Source: an archaeon (GTDB taxonomy: Archaea > Aenigmatarchaeota > Aenigmatarchaeia > QMZP01 > JAFGSV01). Taken from it: a DNA stretch of 64,000 nucleotides. Numbering within the stretch: position 1 is the first letter of the stretch; every line of letters begins with the position of its first letter. Where the stretch lies: NCBI GenBank assembly GCA_028279705.1, contig JANQNF010000046.1, positions 17,019-81,018 of the forward strand, given 5' to 3'. The translations under genes and the position numbers were made by a program. Shown piece by piece: positions 59,410 through 64,000 of this stretch. The notes beneath the pieces are model-generated. The model ran no database searches and had not been told where the DNA came from. It saw only the letters and a program-made list of their open reading frames with translations.

Positions 59410-60696
59410 TCACAATCCTAAATCCGTCGGTGCCCTTCCCAGTGAATATAACAATTCGATAGTATCATTTATATTCTCTTCGGTCTTTTTGTCGTTTCCT
59501 GCCTTACCAGGGTATATCCTGTAAAGGTCCCTGTATTTTGAAGGAGTTATGTTTATCATAAGCGAATTCCCCCCGGACATAAGACCCTTCTTCTTTGCAC
59601 CCTTATCGACAGTCTCAAGCGCAGTCGTTACAAGTATCTTTGACTTCCTGTCCATGAACCGGGCAAGCGCCGTTGCCTTCAGGACCCTGTCCACGTCAGG
59701 CTTACTCTCACTTTGAAGCGGCGTCCCGTCAGTTGGTATGAACGGCCCAAAGGAATACATGTCCGCGCCAAGTTCTTTTGTCAGCAGTATGTTGTTGACA
59801 AGGTCCTCGTTTGTCTCACCTGGAAGTCCCGTAAGAAAGCCCGTCGCAACGACGTATCCCATGTCGTTTAAATCGCGTATCAGCTGCACCCTGTCCTCGA
59901 GTTTCGTTCCAGGTCTCAGTTTCTCAAACAGATCTTTATTTGAAGTCTCAAACCTGAGGAGCGCAGCCCTCGCGCCGGCATCATAAAGCCTTTTGTAAGT
60001 TTCCTTTGGCCTCATTCCTATGCTGACGAATATGAGAACGTCAAGCCTTCTCACTTCCCTTACAATCCTTTCAAGCTTTTCGTCATCATACCACGGGTCC
60101 TCGCCCGACTGCAACACAAGCGCCTTGAATCCCAGTTCCTTTGAAGCGTGCCTGGCAGCATCTATGATCTCTTCTGGTGTCATCCTGTATCTTTTGACGC
60201 TGCTGCCCTTTCTTATTCCGCAGTACATGCAGTCCTGCGTGCAGTAATTGGAGAACTCAAGTATCCCGTGGACGCAGCATGCGTTGTCGTGGTCCTTCTG
60301 CCTTACGTTGTTTGCAGTCTCCATTATCAGCTTGATGTCTTCCCCGTCGTCCGTCCCTAACAGTTCGAGCGCGTCCTTTTTGCCAAGTTCCTGGTTCCTG
60401 TTCACCTTCTGGAGTATTTGCAGTATGTTACCTGAAGCGTCGGCATTTTCGTGTATTTTGGACGTAGTGCGGTCTAACTCCTTCAGCTCGAAGAACTTCT
60501 CCTTCCACGCTTCAAGGATTTCGACAGCTTCCTTTTCCGGTATCTTGCTTATCAGCACGCCGCCCTGTGCGTACACGTATTCGCCTTTCCGGACATCGGC
60601 AAAGTCGCAGAGGACGTTCCTCTTTTCGCCGAAGTAGTCCACGACAGCGACGCCGTCCTTGACTTCAGCGACCCTTCCAGGAATAGCGTAGCACAT
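59410..60696 (-). CDS. hydE: fusion: HypC/HupF-like N-terminal domain + HydE-like radical SAM enzyme
   Basis: N-terminus MCYAIPGRVAEV...GEYVYAQGGVLISKIPEKEAVEILEAW (HypC signature MC-x-AIPG and OB-fold tail); core NYCTQDCMYCG, KRYRMTPEEI, VLQSGEDP, GLPGET, GPFIP, YRDLYRIYPGK (HydE-type). Confidence 0.8.
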   Translation of the reverse strand: MCYAIPGRVAEVKDGVAVVDYFGEKRNVLCDFADVRKGEYVYAQGGVLISKIPEKEAVEILEAWKEKFFELKELDRTTSKIHENADASGNILQILQKVNRNQELGKKDALELLGTDDGEDIKLIMETANNVRQKDHDNACCVHGILEFSNYCTQDCMYCGIRKGSSVKRYRMTPEEIIDAARHASKELGFKALVLQSGEDPWYDDEKLERIVREVRRLDVLIFVSIGMRPKETYKRLYDAGARAALLRFETSNKDLFEKLRPGTKLEDRVQLIRDLNDMGYVVATGFLTGLPGETNEDLVNNILLTKELGADMYSFGPFIPTDGTPLQSESKPDVDRVLKATALARFMDRKSKILVTTALETVDKGAKKKGLMSGGNSLMINITPSKYRDLYRIYPGKAGNDKKTEENINDTIELLYSLGRAPTDLGL

Positions 60697-60782
60697 AGTA
60701 ACAGAATGTCACGGCTATTTAAAAGATGTCACAATCAGGGACTCGTTAACAAATAAAAAATGAAATAACAAGGATTAACCGC

Positions 60783-61166
60783 ATGAAAGGTTTTTACAGG
60801 AAATTGCTCCCGATCTTTGGCGCACTGGTAGTCAGCTCCTGCATTAAAAGCGGCGAAGAATCTGTAGGGAAATTGTTTAATGTAAAGTACCCGTCCGGGG
60901 AAAGCGACACCATCTTCAGTTCATACGATGGCACTGTCAAGCCGCTCGTTTCAGAGGACGGCGTTCGATTCTTAAAGGAAAGCCATGGTATGTACAGGAT
61001 CGATGGCAGGATAATCCACTACACGTCCATGGCTACAGTCTCAGGTGACGGGTTCTATAACGATGTCAGTCTGTATGAATGCGACGGTAACGGGAATGTG
61101 ATTTCCAAGATAGAGAACGAAAATATCCGTGAAGCCCTAATAGAAAAAATAAATTCCATCCAGTAA
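60783..61166 (+). CDS. small lipoprotein
   Basis: Signal/lipobox ALVVSSCIK. Confidence 0.4.
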   Translation: MKGFYRKLLPIFGALVVSSCIKSGEESVGKLFNVKYPSGESDTIFSSYDGTVKPLVSEDGVRFLKESHGMYRIDGRIIHYTSMATVSGDGFYNDVSLYECDGNGNVISKIENENIREALIEKINSIQ

Positions 61167-61175
61167 GACCTTTTC

Positions 61176-62024
61176 TCAGCCAAGCCACTTGTCTTTTATT
61201 TCCTTGAGCTTTCCGCTTGTCTTCATTTCCCTCAGTATGCTGTTTATCTCTTTCATCAGGGCGTCGTTTCCAAGCTGCGTTGCTATCCCGTAGTATTCCT
61301 GGGTGAACGGATCGCCTACTATCTTAAGCGACGGGTTGTTTTTCACAACTCCGCTTGCACCGACAAGGTCCTCGACAATCACATCGACTTCCCCGTCCAG
61401 AAGGCTGTTTACCCTGTCTTCCTTTTCCTCGGCAACTTTGACCATGGAAGGGTCTATGTAGTCCAGTGCAAGCACGGCCTTCTCGCCTGTCGTGCCGCTC
61501 ATCACGCCAATCATCTTTCCTTCCATGTCCCCTGGTGTGGTGATGTTGTCGTTGTCACCCATTACGACCATGGTCTGGCCGGCATCAAAGTATGGTATGC
61601 TGAAAAGCATTTCTTCAGACCTTTCGGTTGTGATCGTTATTGCAGAGAGTGCTATGTCGATTTCACCGCTTTTTGCCGCTTCGAGCATGTCTGGGAAAAA
61701 GATGTCCTGAAATTCCACGGAAACACCGAGCTTGGATGCGATTTCTTTTGCTATCTCAATGTCGTGGCCTACAAACTCGCCTGAGTCATCGAGATATGTC
61801 ATTGGATCGAGTTTTGCATACGTCCCGATAACGATCTTGCCGCTCTCTTTTATATCGAGAAGCGAACTGTCCGTTGGGCCGTTCTCCTGCTCGACCTGTT
61901 GTACAGTCTGTGTGCAGCCTGAAATGAGAACTGCTGCAAGCAATGCGACAAAAACGTAGTGAAATTTCATTTCCCCACAATGTTTACTAGAACCAATCTT
62001 CAATATATATGTATCGTTTCCCAT
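61176..62024 (-). CDS. family-3 solute-binding lipoprotein
   Basis: Lipobox ISGCTQ; paralogue of 26820..27620, ends KWLG. Confidence 0.75.
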   Translation of the reverse strand: MGNDTYILKIGSSKHCGEMKFHYVFVALLAAVLISGCTQTVQQVEQENGPTDSSLLDIKESGKIVIGTYAKLDPMTYLDDSGEFVGHDIEIAKEIASKLGVSVEFQDIFFPDMLEAAKSGEIDIALSAITITTERSEEMLFSIPYFDAGQTMVVMGDNDNITTPGDMEGKMIGVMSGTTGEKAVLALDYIDPSMVKVAEEKEDRVNSLLDGEVDVIVEDLVGASGVVKNNPSLKIVGDPFTQEYYGIATQLGNDALMKEINSILREMKTSGKLKEIKDKWLG

Positions 62025-62081
62025 GCAGTAAAAAATAAACCAAATGTAATTTTGTTTAAACGTGATCTTACTGCAAAGTTA

Positions 62082-63338
62082 CTACTTATTTATCTTGCCC
62101 CTTCTTTTGACTATCTTTATCCTCTTTATGACTGAAGGGTCGTCGTGATCAACGTCTATCACAGTAAGCGTGAAATTCTTCAGCTTTATGCTCTTACCGC
62201 GTTTTGGCCTGCCGTCAAACCTGGCAGAAAGCAGGTCAGAGACCGTCGCGAATTTGCCCTTGAACGGCACCCCTATCTTCTCCTGCACGTCCTTTACGAG
62301 CATGTCACCCCTCACTATCGCGGTTTTCTTGTCAATGTGGTGGACCCTTACCCTCTTCCTGTCAGACTCGTCGTAGATCTCACCGACGATTTCCTCAAGG
62401 AGGTCCTCCATCGTGACTATGCCCTTCACGTTCCTCTTCCTGTCAAGCACTACGGCCATGTGAGCGCTGTGCTCTTTCAGCCTGTCGAACGTATCGTCGA
62501 GCATGTCATCGTCGCGCACGGATATCACGGGATCAAGCACGTCCTGCACCTTGACCTCGAAGCGCTTGTTCTTTATGTACTTCAGTATGCTTCTCAGGTT
62601 CACGACGCCTATGACCTTCCTTGCCTTCTTGCTGTAAACGGGTATCCTGCTGTACTTTGTCTTGAGCATCGTTGTGATCACGTCCATTATCGTCTGGCTG
62701 GGATCTATCGTAACCATCCTCTTCATCGGGGTGTACGCCTCATCTACCTTGCTTTCCCCAAAGTCTATGACGTTTTGCATCATCTCCTCCTCGTCCCTGT
62801 CAATCGCCCCGGATTCTGCCGCAAGTGAGAGTGCTGCCATTATCTCCTCCTCGGTTATCTCGTCCTTCTTGCTCTTCGTGCCGATTAATCTCAGGATGCC
62901 CCTGCTTATCAGTTCGACTATTATGATTATCGGATAGAGTACGTATGTCAGTATGTAAAGCGGCCTTGCGACAATGAGAGACATCTTCTCGGCGTTCTGG
63001 TGGAAGAACGTCTTTGGCGTTATCTCGCCGAATACCAGCACGAGGAATGTCATTATTCCCGTCGCCAGGCCGATGCCTGTGGACCCGAACATGTCTGTGA
63101 ATATGATGGTCGCGAGTGCTGCGGCGCCAATGTTCACCACGTTGTTTCCGATGAGTATCGTGACAAGCATCCTGTGCGGGTTCCCTTTCAGCTTCTTCAG
63201 GGTCTTTGCGCCGCTTCTTCGTTCCTTGACAAGCTTTCTCACCTTTATCTGGCCGAGTGAGAACAATGCTATCTCGGCCCCTGAGAACAGTCCCGAAAGC
63301 GCTATTAGAACGACCAGTAATAAGATTTCGAATATCAC
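62082..63338 (-). CDS. CNNM/CorC-type Mg2+/Co2+ transporter (DUF21-CBS pair-CorC_HlyC)
   Basis: N-terminal 4-TM DUF21, tandem CBS, C-terminal transporter-associated domain. Confidence 0.85.
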   Translation of the reverse strand: MIFEILLLVVLIALSGLFSGAEIALFSLGQIKVRKLVKERRSGAKTLKKLKGNPHRMLVTILIGNNVVNIGAAALATIIFTDMFGSTGIGLATGIMTFLVLVFGEITPKTFFHQNAEKMSLIVARPLYILTYVLYPIIIIVELISRGILRLIGTKSKKDEITEEEIMAALSLAAESGAIDRDEEEMMQNVIDFGESKVDEAYTPMKRMVTIDPSQTIMDVITTMLKTKYSRIPVYSKKARKVIGVVNLRSILKYIKNKRFEVKVQDVLDPVISVRDDDMLDDTFDRLKEHSAHMAVVLDRKRNVKGIVTMEDLLEEIVGEIYDESDRKRVRVHHIDKKTAIVRGDMLVKDVQEKIGVPFKGKFATVSDLLSARFDGRPKRGKSIKLKNFTLTVIDVDHDDPSVIKRIKIVKRRGKINK

Positions 63339-63383
63339 GCAAATTCACTAATTGAATATTATGAGACCGCTAGTATTAATTGG

Positions 63384-64000
63384 TTAGACGGACTCGTTTA
63401 CAGGTTCCATAAGACACGCGCCCTCAACGCATCCGTAATCGCATAGTATTGCTGACGTTGTTGCGCCTCCGGCCTCCGTGCAGATACCCTCGGCAACATA
63501 CGAATCAGACGAGCAGACGTCTATTATGCTGGGACCGGTGTTACCTTCAAACCACACTTCACCGTAAGTGAACTCGTCCACGCCGTCTTGGTCTATGCAT
63601 TCCTGCCCTGACGTCTCGTTTATGCATTCCCCGCCTTCGCATCCGTTCTCACATTCCGTGACGACGTATTTGGCAGTCCCGCATGAGTCGAAAGCGTAAA
63701 CATCGCCGCCGTGGCAGTCAAATGAAACGTTCTCCACGCAGTCTTCCTCACTGACACACGCCCCGTCGGCACATCCATATTGGCAGTTGTACAGTTTTGA
63801 TTTCAGTGTGCTGGCAGAGCAGTAGTGTTCCCTGAGGTAGCCTTCCTCCACGCCTTCGGTGCCGCAGTAGTCCTCCTCTGTTTTGAGGACTACACCCTTC
63901 TCGGAGTATGTTGCAACTCCCTTCTCGAAATAGTTGAGTCCGTCACTGTATGCGCTGTTCTCGTCACTGTCGGTGCATTCGTACCCGACAACGCATGCGC
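63384..64000 (-). CDS. Cys-rich secreted protein, 5'-partial (continues past window end)
   Basis: Reading frame open to position 64000; repeated C-x-x-G-x-C modules. Confidence 0.45.
   Translation of the reverse strand, partial: ACVVGYECTDSDENSAYSDGLNYFEKGVATYSEKGVVLKTEEDYCGTEGVEEGYLREHYCSASTLKSKLYNCQYGCADGACVSEEDCVENVSFDCHGGDVYAFDSCGTAKYVVTECENGCEGGECINETSGQECIDQDGVDEFTYGEVWFEGNTGPSIIDVCSSDSYVAEGICTEAGGATTSAILCDYGCVEGACLMEPVNESV

Noticed and set aside
1-64000. CRISPR arrays and rRNA genes
   Set aside because: No regularly spaced direct repeats or rRNA-like sequence seen anywhere in the window.

Overview
Archaeal chromosomal window: coding is dense on both strands, the RNA polymerase subunits E' and Spt4 and Orc1/Cdc6 with XerA sit together, and tRNAs are encoded without CCA. 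The exact lineage cannot be set from sequence alone. Layout: (i) 1-12.0 kb is a visibly AT-rich integrated element ending at a tRNA-Ser(GGA) gene. It carries an intact tyrosine integrase plus a cargo cassette of a 1075-aa KAP-family P-loop NTPase flanked by two multi-TM proteins. (ii) 12-19.8 kb is core: Nudix, Na+/H+ antiporter, radical SAM, Spt4 and RpoE', a candidate oriC, orc1/cdc6 and xerA. (iii) 19.8-26.7 kb is an AT-rich accessory islet: NYN nuclease, VapBC, two DUF3795 Cys-rich proteins, and a family of short hairpin-containing repeats with compensatory stem changes. (iv) 26.8-39.3 kb holds substrate-binding proteins, AMMECR1, HAD, DHH, an MNT/HEPN pair, RelE/antitoxin, and a Cache-HAMP sensor with two LivK-like SBPs next to REC, CheC-like and SiaC-like genes. 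(v) 39-51 kb holds a GH5-PQQ lipoprotein, rubrerythrin, MarC, an IPT-like protein, TopIB, PPDK, adk, tmk and CDP-archaeol synthase. (vi) carA-carB lies at 52.8-57.3 kb; CarB carries a C-terminal PyrI-like allosteric domain. (vii) At 58.0-60.7 kb is a two-gene operon of HydG-like and a HypC-domain::HydE-like fusion, which is my top candidate for an undescribed system. The window ends with a family-3 SBP, a CNNM/CorC transporter and a partial Cys-rich secreted protein. No CRISPR array or rRNA was seen.
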